A DNA stretch of 34,712 bases, from positions 1 to 34,712 of the forward strand of contig JAYZAC010000186.1 of the NCBI GenBank assembly GCA_036339875.1, written 5' to 3'. The translations under genes and the position numbers were made by a program. Below, one piece after another: positions 9,742 through 19,112 of the stretch. The DNA is from a bacterium. Its GTDB lineage: Bacteria; Muiribacteriota; UBA6191. The notes beneath the pieces were generated by a model. The model did not search any database and was not told the DNA's origin. It saw only the letters and a list, made by a program, of their open reading frames with translations. How positions within the stretch are numbered: the first letter of the stretch is position 1; each line of letters starts with the position of its first letter.

Positions 9742-10851
9742 CTATCGACCAACCGCTAAACGCACATATACGGGCAATTTTTCATTTTCTGATAGTTGGG
9801 TTGCGAATTTTGTTGCCTCTGAACGAGTAACAAAATTACCAACTAATACCCTAAATTGCTCTACACCCCCAGAAGAGAATGTTTCGACGTCACTAGAAAA
9901 AGATTTAGAACGGAGTTGGTTACTCAAATTACGAGCATTCACCATCTTCAGAAAGGACCCAACCTGAATGGTAAATGGCTTCAACCCAACTTCATTCCAA
10001 AAATTTTGATCAGAGGAAATTACCCTAGAAGCAGGTGGAGCCACATTAAATTCATTTTGTGATTGCGATTCGGACACAACAACCTGTGGAACTTCTAAAC
10101 GACTTGCCTTCAATAAATCTTCTCTTTCTTGATTTCCCAATACACTCATCAGAAGACCATTATTTCTAACACCTAGATATTGTTCCAATCGATCCACGTC
10201 GGACTTCGGCATCAAATCACCAATAAATACATGAATTGTATCTCCTCTTTGAACTAGTTCAAGACTGATATCTAACTCGCCGTAATCAATTTGTTTAAGG
10301 TAAGTGAAGGCTTCAGTCCTTGTGACAAAGGATTTACTTAGCCGAAGCTGATGTAAATTTGGTGTCAGTTCTGAAAGTTCTTCATTAACAGAACCTACCA
10401 AAATATTTTCGTCAATTGAACTCTTCACAGGTTGAACATCTGATTGGGTAGTTGAAAAGTTTGAATCCTGCTCTACTTCACTTGGATTAAAGTCAACCTC
10501 GTTAGCAATAATACTCTGCTCAACTGGGTCTTCTACCACTGGAATATCTATTATCTGCTCAGCACTTATTACCTCTGCATCCGCTAACTCACTTGTTTCA
10601 TTGTTAGCAAAGTCTGCAGGTAACTCGGCAGTATCAATCATTGCGGTGGGAGCTTCATCTAACTCAGTTGGCACATTTTCCTCAGAAGTCTCTACCTTTT
10701 GGGTGATTTGGATTTCCGGAGTTAAACGTAGAAAACCTTCAAATGTTACGACTGTTAAATAAAAAAGCAAACTGGCAATAATTAACCAAGCAATGAGTGA
10801 AATCATGCGATCTTGCTTTGGACTAGATATGGACTGCAACTGTTCCTCCAT
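9742..10851 (-). CDS. Bitopic SPOR-domain protein (FtsN/DamX-like)
   Basis: One TM near the N-terminus, long acidic linker, C-terminal SPOR (FTIQVGSF..NA..L...L..FRVLVGNF.TRSEA) and a likely second degenerate SPOR. Start ATG 10851 because TTG 10899 lies inside the predicted promoter. Confidence 0.85.
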   Translation of the reverse strand: MEEQLQSISSPKQDRMISLIAWLIIASLLFYLTVVTFEGFLRLTPEIQITQKVETSEENVPTELDEAPTAMIDTAELPADFANNETSELADAEVISAEQIIDIPVVEDPVEQSIIANEVDFNPSEVEQDSNFSTTQSDVQPVKSSIDENILVGSVNEELSELTPNLHQLRLSKSFVTRTEAFTYLKQIDYGELDISLELVQRGDTIHVFIGDLMPKSDVDRLEQYLGVRNNGLLMSVLGNQEREDLLKASRLEVPQVVVSESQSQNEFNVAPPASRVISSDQNFWNEVGLKPFTIQVGSFLKMVNARNLSNQLRSKSFSSDVETFSSGGVEQFRVLVGNFVTRSEATKFATQLSENEKLPVYVRLAVGR

Positions 10852-10889
10852 GTTCTCGGCCTTTCTCTCGAGGTTATCTGAACTCGCGT

Positions 10890-10918
10890 AGTTTACCAAT
10901 AGTCACAAATGGTATCAA
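10890..10918 (-). promoter_or_regulatory. Sigma70 promoter for the SPOR gene
   Basis: Minus strand TTGATA-N17-TAAACT with TG immediately upstream of the -10 (TGgTAAACT). Confidence 0.65.
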
Positions 10919-10989
10919 GATTAAAGGATTTTTGTAAGAAAATATACGCGAAAAGCTGTAATAATTACGCATAACTATTATTTTTTGAA

Positions 10990-11607
10990 TTACTTCTGTA
11001 GTTCTGAGACATAGTCATAAGCTTCTCTTGGTGGCATATTCTCTAAGATTAAACCCAGTGACTTCGGTTTTAAACGTTTCAACACTTCAATATTTTCAGA
11101 CTTATTTTTTGATTCCAAAAGCACTTGAGCCGCTCTTACGGGATCCATCTTAGCATACATAGTCGACAGATTATCCAGTCTTTCCGCTAAATCTTCTTTA
11201 TTAACATCTGCTTTCAACTTCTCCTCTTTAGCTCTTTTTTGATCGAATAAATCTACTTTTTGCTTGAATGATTTTTCCTGCTCTTCAAGTTTTCTAAAGG
11301 ATAATTCCAACTTCTCCTTCTCCTCAAGAATCCTTTTAGATTCAATTTTCATCCTTGAGAGAAGTTTTTCTACAAAAATTTTTCGCTCCTCAAGCATTAC
11401 CGTTTTCTGATCTTTGGGTGCCAGTGAATTAATTTTAGCCCATTTTATGTAGTTTGCTACTGCAGCATTTTTCTTTAATGATTCGGGAAATTTTTCATGG
11501 ATAACATAGAAACCTGTAAAGTCCAGCATAAACAAAAGTGCAAGACCCATTGCAAAAACTAAAGCCAGTAAAAAAGCAGCTAACATTTTTTCAAAAAAAC
11601 GACCCAT
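10990..11607 (-). CDS. MotE/YlxF/FlbB-like flagellar protein (TM, coiled coil, MgtE_N-like tail)
   Basis: N-terminal TM, coiled coil, LSTMYAKMDPVRAAQVL...ILENMPP; located right after fliJ like ylxF. Confidence 0.75.
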   Translation of the reverse strand: MGRFFEKMLAAFLLALVFAMGLALLFMLDFTGFYVIHEKFPESLKKNAAVANYIKWAKINSLAPKDQKTVMLEERKIFVEKLLSRMKIESKRILEEKEKLELSFRKLEEQEKSFKQKVDLFDQKRAKEEKLKADVNKEDLAERLDNLSTMYAKMDPVRAAQVLLESKNKSENIEVLKRLKPKSLGLILENMPPREAYDYVSELQK

Positions 11608-11612
11608 GGTAA

Positions 11613-12077
11613 CTATTCTCCATCAACTTTCACAGAACTACTCTTTCGAGCAAAACGCAATGAATTAATATCATCTAGTTGATTCTGCTCAAAACGAGCT
11701 CGTTTTAAGCTAAATTTTTTATATTCAACCTCTTCAAGCTTATCCATAATTCGCCTTTCGTTAAGGGCTTCCATTCTATTCTGCTTAGCTTGCTTCAGAT
11801 TTGTATTTGCCTCAGCCACACGTAATTCCTGACTTGAGATTTTATAAGCCAAATTTTCTTCATATTTCCTAGAAAACTCAACCATGACAAAATTCAAATC
11901 GAGTTGATACTTATTCCTATTTGCTCGTACCTGCGTCTTTTCTTCAAATAAAAGTCTTAATTGCTTTTGCTCATTCTCGAAAATATTAACAAGCGTAACG
12001 ATTTGACGCTCGATTTCATCAAGTTTTAATTCTTTGAGACGCTGTACCGCTCGTAACTTAAATTTAAAGGCTTTCAT
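11613..12077 (-). CDS. fliJ: Flagellar export protein FliJ
   Basis: MKAFKFKL..V..LK start, coiled coil, EQNQLDD end; follows fliI. Confidence 0.9.
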   Translation of the reverse strand: MKAFKFKLRAVQRLKELKLDEIERQIVTLVNIFENEQKQLRLLFEEKTQVRANRNKYQLDLNFVMVEFSRKYEENLAYKISSQELRVAEANTNLKQAKQNRMEALNERRIMDKLEEVEYKKFSLKRARFEQNQLDDINSLRFARKSSSVKVDGE

Positions 12078-12083
12078 AATTGT

Positions 12084-13589
12084 CTAAACAATTTCTTTCA
12101 TAGTCTGAATCGTTTCCGTAAAAGGTATATTTTCACTAATATTTTGCTTCAAAAAAACTTCGATCTGATCATATTTAGATATTGCCTCATCAAGCTTTGC
12201 ATTACTACCCTGCTGATATGCTCCAATATTAATTAAATCTCTAGAGTTTTCGTACAGAGCGATTAACTCCCTCAATTTGGATTGAGCAAGAATATGATCC
12301 TCATCAGCTATCTCTGTAATTAAACGACTCGCAGAACTCAGAACTGATATTGCTGGAAAATGTCCTCGATGAGCCATATCACGATCGAGAACAATATGTC
12401 CATCTAATAAACCTCGGACAGCATCAGCAACAGGCTCGTCTAAATCTCCTCCTTCAACTAAGACAGTATAGAAAGCGGTAATCGAACCGAATTTGTTAGT
12501 TCCCGCTCTTTCAAATAATTTGGGTAGCAAAGCAAAAACCGAGGGAGTGTAACCACGAGTTGTTGCAGGTTCACCGATAGATAGCCCCAATTCTCTCTGA
12601 GCTAATGCAAAACGAGTTACTGAATCCATCATTAGCATTACATCTTTACCTTGATCTCTGAAATATTCAGCTACTGATGTCGCTACAAAAGCACCCTTTA
12701 GCCTAACTATAGCTGGATCTGATGAAGTCGCTACAATCACAACCGAACGCTTCAAACCCTCGGGCCCCAAACTCCGCTCAACAAATTCTCGTACTTCCCT
12801 TCCCCTCTCTCCAATCAAAGCGATAACATTTACTTCAGCGTCTGTATTTCTGGCTACCATACCCATGAGAGTTGACTTACCAACACCGGATCCAGCAAAA
12901 ACGCCAACTCTTTGACCCTTTCCAACTGTTAAACAACTATCAATAGCTTTAACTCCCAATGACAAAATCTGATCAATTGGTGGACGTTCGATGGGACTTG
13001 GAGCTTCATTATCTACGGGATAATATAAGTTAGTCTTTAAACTACCCAATCCATCCATTGGATTCCCTACTGGATCAAGAATCCGACCCAGTAATTCCTC
13101 GCCTACTTTCACTCGCAATACGCCACCAGTTGATATCACTCTTGATCCCGGCGCTAAACCAGACATTTCTCCGTAGGGCATTAAAATTACAACTTCATCT
13201 GAAAAACCAACCACCTCAGCAAGTATTTCCTCTTGACGTCTTCCAATAATCATACAAATTTCGCCGAGAGAAACTTCGGGTCCAATACTCTCAACTAGTA
13301 AGCCGCTCACACGTTTTATCTTTCCAACACCCCTTACTAACTTAACTTCCTCCAACCTCTTTAAAGCAACTTCCCATTGAAAAAAATTCTGCAATTTTTG
13401 CTCTATTATCTCTAGTTTTTCCGGCGATAATTGCTTGTCGGTGGATAGATAATTAACTGTATCTTGATCGATATCACTTTCAGTTACCTCTGAGTCTGAA
13501 CCAGAGGGAGTAGTATCTGGTTGATCCTCCGAAACATTATCTTCAAGACCGGAGTTATCAATATTGATAGGATCTTCATTATTTGTCAT
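12084..13589 (-). CDS. fliI: Flagellar export ATPase FliI
   Basis: AGSGVGKST Walker A, IGERGREV, MDSVTRFA, GEPATTRGY. ATG 13589 with GGAG RBS preferred; acidic N-terminal extension. Confidence 0.97.
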   Translation of the reverse strand: MTNNEDPINIDNSGLEDNVSEDQPDTTPSGSDSEVTESDIDQDTVNYLSTDKQLSPEKLEIIEQKLQNFFQWEVALKRLEEVKLVRGVGKIKRVSGLLVESIGPEVSLGEICMIIGRRQEEILAEVVGFSDEVVILMPYGEMSGLAPGSRVISTGGVLRVKVGEELLGRILDPVGNPMDGLGSLKTNLYYPVDNEAPSPIERPPIDQILSLGVKAIDSCLTVGKGQRVGVFAGSGVGKSTLMGMVARNTDAEVNVIALIGERGREVREFVERSLGPEGLKRSVVIVATSSDPAIVRLKGAFVATSVAEYFRDQGKDVMLMMDSVTRFALAQRELGLSIGEPATTRGYTPSVFALLPKLFERAGTNKFGSITAFYTVLVEGGDLDEPVADAVRGLLDGHIVLDRDMAHRGHFPAISVLSSASRLITEIADEDHILAQSKLRELIALYENSRDLINIGAYQQGSNAKLDEAISKYDQIEVFLKQNISENIPFTETIQTMKEIV

Positions 13590-14400
13590 TGTTAATCTCC
13601 AACCACAATAAAGCCATTTGTGAGTCAATAGTAGCATCAACATTACCTAATTCTGTTTCCAATAAACAGCCACCTACCGACATATTTTTATCTTCCAATA
13701 ATTCGACTTTTTTTACTGGTGAAAAAAGTCCATCAAATTGATCTTTAACGGCATTAATAGCCTCAAAATCATGACTACTCACAACCACCTTTATGTGATT
13801 GGCTCGATGAACCTCCAACAATGCAGTTTGGATGTTATGAAATACCGCATCAGTACGAGAAGCACTCAATTGCCCTATAACCTTTTCGATATAAACTTTT
13901 ATGAAGTTCTTCATGTGCTGTAAATTTGCCTCATATATTGACTCTTCTTGGGCTCGAATTGTCTCAATTACACTATCCAGACTCTTTAACATACTCTGAA
14001 ATTTTTCAAGGCCCTCTTTATAACCAGCATCATATCCACTCGTCTGACCTGTCTCGAAGCCTTCTGATTCTCTTTTTTCAGCCTCAACAAGCTTTTGATC
14101 AATTTCCTTCTGTTTGGACAGCACTTCCTTTTCCCAAGATTCAGTCTTAGCCTTCCACTCCTCTTCATGTGTGGTTAAAAAGTTATTAGCTTGCTGCTGG
14201 CCATCCTGAATTAATATTGCAGCCTGCTCTTTAGCTTTCTTCAGGATTTCTTCTGCTTGCCCCTCTGCTATGCGAGCCTGCTCCGCATATTGGGCCATTT
14301 TTTTCTGTCGAAGGGTTTCTTCAGCTTTGTCAATTTTCTCCTGAAGTTGCCAACCTTCTCTTATTTCATTTATAGCCTTAAGAAGCTCCGAATCAGACAT
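13579..14400 (-). CDS. fliH: Flagellar assembly protein FliH
   Basis: GxxxG repeats (EGFETGQTSGYDAGYKEG), GGCLLETELGNVDATI; upstream of fliI. Confidence 0.93.
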   Translation of the reverse strand: MSDSELLKAINEIREGWQLQEKIDKAEETLRQKKMAQYAEQARIAEGQAEEILKKAKEQAAILIQDGQQQANNFLTTHEEEWKAKTESWEKEVLSKQKEIDQKLVEAEKRESEGFETGQTSGYDAGYKEGLEKFQSMLKSLDSVIETIRAQEESIYEANLQHMKNFIKVYIEKVIGQLSASRTDAVFHNIQTALLEVHRANHIKVVVSSHDFEAINAVKDQFDGLFSPVKKVELLEDKNMSVGGCLLETELGNVDATIDSQMALLWLEINNDK

Positions 14401-14422
14401 CTTAAACTATCTCCAATAACTT

Positions 14423-15982
14423 TTAGTAATGATTCTCTTCCATCATCATAGACCTAATAATCTTCACAATATCATCAGGACTCTCTCGAGCTGTTTCCAT
14501 TAAGAAACGTTCACGCTCATGACGCTCCCGCTGTTCTACTGTCATCACTTCTTCCTCAAAATCTTGTTGCTCTGAGATTGATTGCTGCGCAATCTCTAAG
14601 GCTCTTTCTCGATTTTCTTTCTGATTTCTACGATATTGCCTGAATATCCACAATAACGTAGCAGCTAGCGCGCAAACTACCCCTGTTGAAGCTAGATTAT
14701 TTGCAAAATCATCTTTTTCAACTAAACGCAACTTACGCTTTTCGAAGATTTTTTTATTAAAGGCGAAGGCCTGAACCGAAATCTGATCTCTACGTCCCTG
14801 AGGATCTAACCCAATTGCATTGGAAACAAGCCCAACTATACCTTCACGAACTTGTTGGGAGAGTTCTCTATCGGGTAAAACATCTTTATTGAGAACAACA
14901 GAAACGGTCATACGTTTAATCATACCAACCGCTCGCTTCAGTTTCACTTTCTTGGACTTGTAGGCATAATTGATACGACTTTCTTTACTCTTAGACTGCG
15001 ATAAGGTTTTCTCAGGTTGCTGATAGCCGGGGATATTAGTTGTAGTTCCAGGAATAGCCTTCGGATCCATAGTCGAATTTTCCGTCTCCTTGGTTTCCTC
15101 AGAAATCTTGACTCCTTGATCTTCACCCGCGACGGGAGGAGCTAATTCTTTAGATTCTTCCTCAAGGTTATCAAAATCGAGTTGTAAACTAACCTCAACT
15201 TTGACATTAAATTCGCCCCAAATCTCCGCAAGAGTCTGACTAGCTTTCCTTCTCAACTCCTTTTCTTTGAGTACTGTCAATTCATGATGTGAGAGTTCCT
15301 TTCCTTTCTGGACTAGCATTGCAATTAGATCATTACCCTTGTCATCAGATATATGAATATTTTCTTTCTTCACGCCCAGGATCGAATGTTTAACTAAATT
15401 GATAATAGTTTTAACTTGTTCTGCCGCTATTTTCTCGAGCGGATTCTCCATTGTTATAAGTACAGAAACACGAGTGTCTTTCTGATCTTCTGAAAATAGC
15501 GTATCGCGTGCCTCTGCTATGGTCACCTTAGCTTGCTTGATATTGCGATATTGCATGATAGTTTTACTAAGATTTCCCTGCTGGGCACGCTTAATTCGTA
15601 AATCAAGTTCTTTCTCTGTTAATCCAAAAGATGAATTACCATCCATAATCTCGGAGTAACTGGCAACAGCATCAGGCAGACTATTATTCTGAGCAAGTGC
15701 TAAATGTGCCGCCTCTTTTCTCGATTTTGCGACCGAAACAATATGCCCGCCCTCGGTCATTTTAGGCCGATAACCTAGCTCCTTGAGCTTATTTACAACA
15801 GCTAAAGCCTCTCTTCGATCATTAATATAATCAAATAGTGGTACATAATCTTCCTCTGAATATGCCGCAGCAAAGAAAACCACTAAAATGAGTGTAGCAG
15901 CGAAACCTGCGCCTACGCCAATTTTCTGATTACGTGAAAACTTATTCCAAGTTTCTTTTAAGTTCGTTATGAAGTCTCGCAA
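14423..15982 (-). CDS. fliF: Flagellar MS-ring protein FliF
   Basis: Two TMs, YVPLF, FGLTE..RAQQGNL..TI, I.I.DD.G..L, IKRMTVSVVLN, R.DQISV. TTG 15982 with AAAGGA RBS preferred over 16009. Confidence 0.95.
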   Translation of the reverse strand: MRDFITNLKETWNKFSRNQKIGVGAGFAATLILVVFFAAAYSEEDYVPLFDYINDRREALAVVNKLKELGYRPKMTEGGHIVSVAKSRKEAAHLALAQNNSLPDAVASYSEIMDGNSSFGLTEKELDLRIKRAQQGNLSKTIMQYRNIKQAKVTIAEARDTLFSEDQKDTRVSVLITMENPLEKIAAEQVKTIINLVKHSILGVKKENIHISDDKGNDLIAMLVQKGKELSHHELTVLKEKELRRKASQTLAEIWGEFNVKVEVSLQLDFDNLEEESKELAPPVAGEDQGVKISEETKETENSTMDPKAIPGTTTNIPGYQQPEKTLSQSKSKESRINYAYKSKKVKLKRAVGMIKRMTVSVVLNKDVLPDRELSQQVREGIVGLVSNAIGLDPQGRRDQISVQAFAFNKKIFEKRKLRLVEKDDFANNLASTGVVCALAATLLWIFRQYRRNQKENRERALEIAQQSISEQQDFEEEVMTVEQRERHERERFLMETARESPDDIVKIIRSMMMEENHY

Positions 15983-16023
15983 CAGGTAGTCCTTTGTCCA
16001 CCCGATCAACCGACAAAATTTAA

Positions 16024-16338
16024 TTAAAGACGAGTTTGTGATACCTCGCGATAGGCTTCTAGCACTTTCTTCCTAAGGGTATTCATGGTTTTCATCGCCA
16101 AGCCAGCTTTCTCGCCCGCAATCATTACATCATGTAAATTGTCGACTTTACCCATCATGAAATCCTTAGTGATGTTTTTGCTATGCAACTGAGCCTCACG
16201 CACTGCTTCCAATTGATTTTCCAAGTAGTTTGCAAAAGATCCTGCCGCTTTATCCACCGCGTTTTTTGGTAATGGATTCATCTTTTTCTGAGTACTCTGA
16301 ACCATTCGATCATTAATGTTGATGAAATCCAATTCCAT
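16024..16338 (-). CDS. fliE: Hook-basal body protein FliE
   Basis: LHDVMIAGEKA...RKKVLEAYREV motif. Confidence 0.95.
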   Translation of the reverse strand: MELDFININDRMVQSTQKKMNPLPKNAVDKAAGSFANYLENQLEAVREAQLHSKNITKDFMMGKVDNLHDVMIAGEKAGLAMKTMNTLRKKVLEAYREVSQTRL

Positions 16339-16384
16339 TTTTTCCTCGCTCTAATTTGATTCCGTCGGTGGATCGGTCTTACTG

Positions 16385-16828
16385 CTAGCCTTGACCAATT
16401 TGCAATGTAGCATTAAACATTTGACGCGACGTACTAAGTGCAGTCACATTAGCCTCAAACGATCTACTTGCAGTAATCATATCCACCATTTCTCTAACAA
16501 TATTCACATTAGGCATGTGTACATATCCATTTTTGTCAGCATGAGGATGATTCGGGTCATATACAGTCTTAAATTGACTCTCATCTTCCACAATTTGCTT
16601 CACACGCACGCCTTTTCCGTTGAAACTTTCTCCTCGATTAGCTTTTTCCTGAGACTCTAACTCCCGGTTAAAGACAGCTTCGAAGACCGGCAACTGTCGC
16701 CGGTAAGGACCTCCAGAGTTTGTTTTTGTTGTATTTACATTTGAGATATTATTAGAAATAATATCCATTCTCAAACGCTCAGCTGTTAAACCTGAAGCTG
16801 CGATGTTAAAAGATTGAAAAACACTCAT
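16385..16828 (-). CDS. flgC: Basal body rod protein FlgC
   Basis: ASGLTAERLRMDIISNNISN, YDPNHPHAD..GYV.MPNVN...EM.DMI.ASR. Confidence 0.98.
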   Translation of the reverse strand: MSVFQSFNIAASGLTAERLRMDIISNNISNVNTTKTNSGGPYRRQLPVFEAVFNRELESQEKANRGESFNGKGVRVKQIVEDESQFKTVYDPNHPHADKNGYVHMPNVNIVREMVDMITASRSFEANVTALSTSRQMFNATLQIGQG

Positions 16829-16838
16829 AATCTAACCT

Positions 16839-17252
16839 TTATTCCCCTTGCAGTAATTCCTTGTATGACCGGAAGTAGCCATTCAATTTCTGACTGTATG
16901 CTTGAAAACGAAGACCGTTTTTACTCATTTCTGCCATTTCCAAGTCCACATCAACGCTACTCTTATCGTTACGATAGCTGGTTTGCTCCAACTTCACTGT
17001 ACGGGGTCGCAACTCATCAAAATTTAAACGGCCAAATTGAATATGGCGTGGATTCTCAGTCTTAGCTTTGAAACTAGCCTTACTCTCAGCCTCTCTAAGT
17101 GCCTTTTGAAAGTCTGCAACATCCCGCCTTTTGTAACCAGGTGTATTCACATTCGCTATATTGTTCACTAATAACTTGTGACGATAGGCCGTGTTATCCA
17201 CGGATTTTGTCAACATACTTAAATATCGATTATTAGTTAACTGCGTAATCAT
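16839..17252 (-). CDS. flgB: Basal body rod protein FlgB
   Basis: NNIANVNTPGYKRRD, RND..SVDVDLEM; GGAGGT RBS. Confidence 0.97.
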   Translation of the reverse strand: MITQLTNNRYLSMLTKSVDNTAYRHKLLVNNIANVNTPGYKRRDVADFQKALREAESKASFKAKTENPRHIQFGRLNFDELRPRTVKLEQTSYRNDKSSVDVDLEMAEMSKNGLRFQAYSQKLNGYFRSYKELLQGE

Positions 17253-17270
17253 GAACTACCTCCGAATACT

Positions 17271-17298
17271 TTATCGGCGGAATTATGAGGAAAGATTA
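17271..17298 (-). promoter_or_regulatory. Sigma28 (FliA/SigD)-type promoter, proximal, upstream of flgB
   Basis: TAAT-N16-GCCGATAA (perfect sigma28 -10) just upstream of the flgB RBS. Confidence 0.75.
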
Positions 17299-17367
17299 AC
17301 ATAAATTGTCTTTTTTTGTACATTTTTGTATGAACTTGTTTGTTTTTGACGAAAAAATACTTATACA

Positions 17368-17395
17368 GTATCGGCAAAATTACTACTAACCATCA
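17368..17395 (-). promoter_or_regulatory. Second sigma28-type promoter upstream of flgB
   Basis: TGAT-N16-GCCGATAC. Confidence 0.5.
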
Positions 17396-17424
17396 ATCAA
17401 ATAAACAATTTCGAAATAAATCTC

Positions 17425-17451
17425 AAGAAAACGTGGAGGTAAAATACTCCA
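17425..17451 (-). terminator. Possible weak intrinsic terminator after fliO
   Basis: Minus strand TGGAGTA-TTT-TAC(C)TCCA hairpin followed by CGTTTTCTT. Confidence 0.35.
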
Positions 17452-17474
17452 ATTGGGTGTAATCGAGGACAAGA

Positions 17475-17810
17475 TTAAATCTTGGAATCTTTTGCTTGAA
17501 TCAGATCATTAATTTGAAAGTTCTGATCTGCTAATAATTTCTCGGCCTCGGCTTGTTCAAAAGTTTGCAAAACTTGCATACCTTGAGCAGTACTACATAC
17601 CAAGTATACTTTACCCATCGATTCGAGGAGATAGAGAGTACTGTATTTATCAAGTACCTGTTTTATCATAACTCTGAACAAAAGCCCTTGCCCAGGTAAA
17701 AAGTGAGATGGGACTTTTTTCAAAAATTGCGCACACAAAAGGAAAATACCCACAGTCAATACGAGACCTATGAGTATATTGAAATACTGTATTTGTGAAG
17801 TATCTTCCAG
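17475..17810 (-). CDS. fliO: FliO/FliZ-like export gate chaperone
   Basis: Follows fliY; single TM plus beta-rich domain (KQVLDKYSTLYLLESMGKVYLV). The frame is open 17 codons upstream of TTG 17759 to a CTG at 17810, which completes the TM. Confidence 0.7.
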   Translation of the reverse strand: MEDTSQIQYFNILIGLVLTVGIFLLCAQFLKKVPSHFLPGQGLLFRVMIKQVLDKYSTLYLLESMGKVYLVCSTAQGMQVLQTFEQAEAEKLLADQNFQINDLIQAKDSKI

Positions 17811-17819
17811 TGAATCCTA

Positions 17820-19112
17820 CTAAGTTCTCACGGTTGTTAAGCGCTCTTGAGGAGAAACAATTGAAGTGATTCTAATCCCAAAATTTTCATCAATAATTAC
17901 CACTTCGCCACGAGCAATTAATTTTCCTTGGACGTATAGTTCAACAGCTTCACCAGCCTGTTTGTTTAATTCTACGATAGACCCATTCACCAATTCAAGA
18001 ATTTCACCAATAGGCATTCTTGCACGTCCCAACTCAACGGTAATCTGCAAAGTAACGTCACGTAAAAGCTCCATATTACTCAGCTGATCTTGACCCATTG
18101 GCGTTGAAGTAATCGGAGCAAATTGCCAAGGGGCATAAGGCATCTGCTGTCCGCCCGGAACAGCGCCTTGTTGACCTCCCGCAACAGGCATTTGAACCTG
18201 CTGAGGTGGAATCATTTGAGCCTGTTGTTGAGGTGCAGGCATCGTATTTCCTACATTCCCAACTGCCGGCGTTGCATTTGATACTTGGTTTGTAACAGCA
18301 TTATTTACTGGTATATTAACTGCATCTACTTGATTATTAGTAACCTCTCCGGATACAGGCGCATCAGTATTATTGCCAAATGAAGTATCTGGAAGTTTAC
18401 TAGATATGATAGCTTTTGCAAGATTTTCGGAAACTAGAAACCTAAATTGACTTGCCGGCTCTTCTCCAACGTTCAAATCATACATAACTTGGGCGATGTT
18501 GGCCTGCTTCAAAAGCGTCGCTTCTGGCGGAAAATCGCCACCTGAAAGAACAATTGCTTGCGGTTGTTGGCCTACAAAATCTTTTCCCGTAGCAGTCTTT
18601 AAGGCTGGAACTAGTTTACCGAGTAATCCATTGAAACAATCTTGTAAAGCTGATAATTTGAGATCATCCCATTCGAAATCTGGGTCTCCATCCCATTCTT
18701 CACCCGTCATCAATGCCGCGATCATCGCACTAGGAATTCCTCCAAGTACTAATCCAGACTTTCCTTCTTCAAAGTCGAATGTAACAAAAATATGCTGAGT
18801 ACTTAGTAGCTCATCTTTAAGTCGCTCTTCAGTTACTAATTCGGGAGTTTTACTGTTTGATAAAGCGACCTCTTGCTGAACATACTCACTTAAAACATTA
18901 ATTTCAGAAATAAAGCAAGAATCAACTACTTCGTGAAGTGCTCGAATTTGCTCAGCTGTGTAAATTCCTGAGCCACCTTGCCCACTACCAGAACCTCCAC
19001 CGGCTCCTGAACCCCCAAAATTCTCATCCTCTTCATCAAGTTCATCAAGCCCGAGATCGCCTTGTAGTAGTGCATCGATCTCGTCTTGCGATAACATGTT
19101 TTCATCACTCAT
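17820..19112 (-). CDS. fliY: C-ring switch protein FliY (CheC-like domain fused to FliN SpoA domain)
   Basis: LSQDEIDALL CheY-binding peptide, CheC-like middle, C-terminal LLRDV.L.ITVELGR...ARGEVV.IDENFGIRIT. Confidence 0.9.
   Translation of the reverse strand: MSDENMLSQDEIDALLQGDLGLDELDEEDENFGGSGAGGGSGSGQGGSGIYTAEQIRALHEVVDSCFISEINVLSEYVQQEVALSNSKTPELVTEERLKDELLSTQHIFVTFDFEEGKSGLVLGGIPSAMIAALMTGEEWDGDPDFEWDDLKLSALQDCFNGLLGKLVPALKTATGKDFVGQQPQAIVLSGGDFPPEATLLKQANIAQVMYDLNVGEEPASQFRFLVSENLAKAIISSKLPDTSFGNNTDAPVSGEVTNNQVDAVNIPVNNAVTNQVSNATPAVGNVGNTMPAPQQQAQMIPPQQVQMPVAGGQQGAVPGGQQMPYAPWQFAPITSTPMGQDQLSNMELLRDVTLQITVELGRARMPIGEILELVNGSIVELNKQAGEAVELYVQGKLIARGEVVIIDENFGIRITSIVSPQERLTTVRT

Noticed and set aside
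12084..16338. Non-flagellar type III secretion system suggested by the absence of fliG
   Set aside because: Rod (flgB, flgC), fliE, fliM/fliY and stator genes show a true flagellum.
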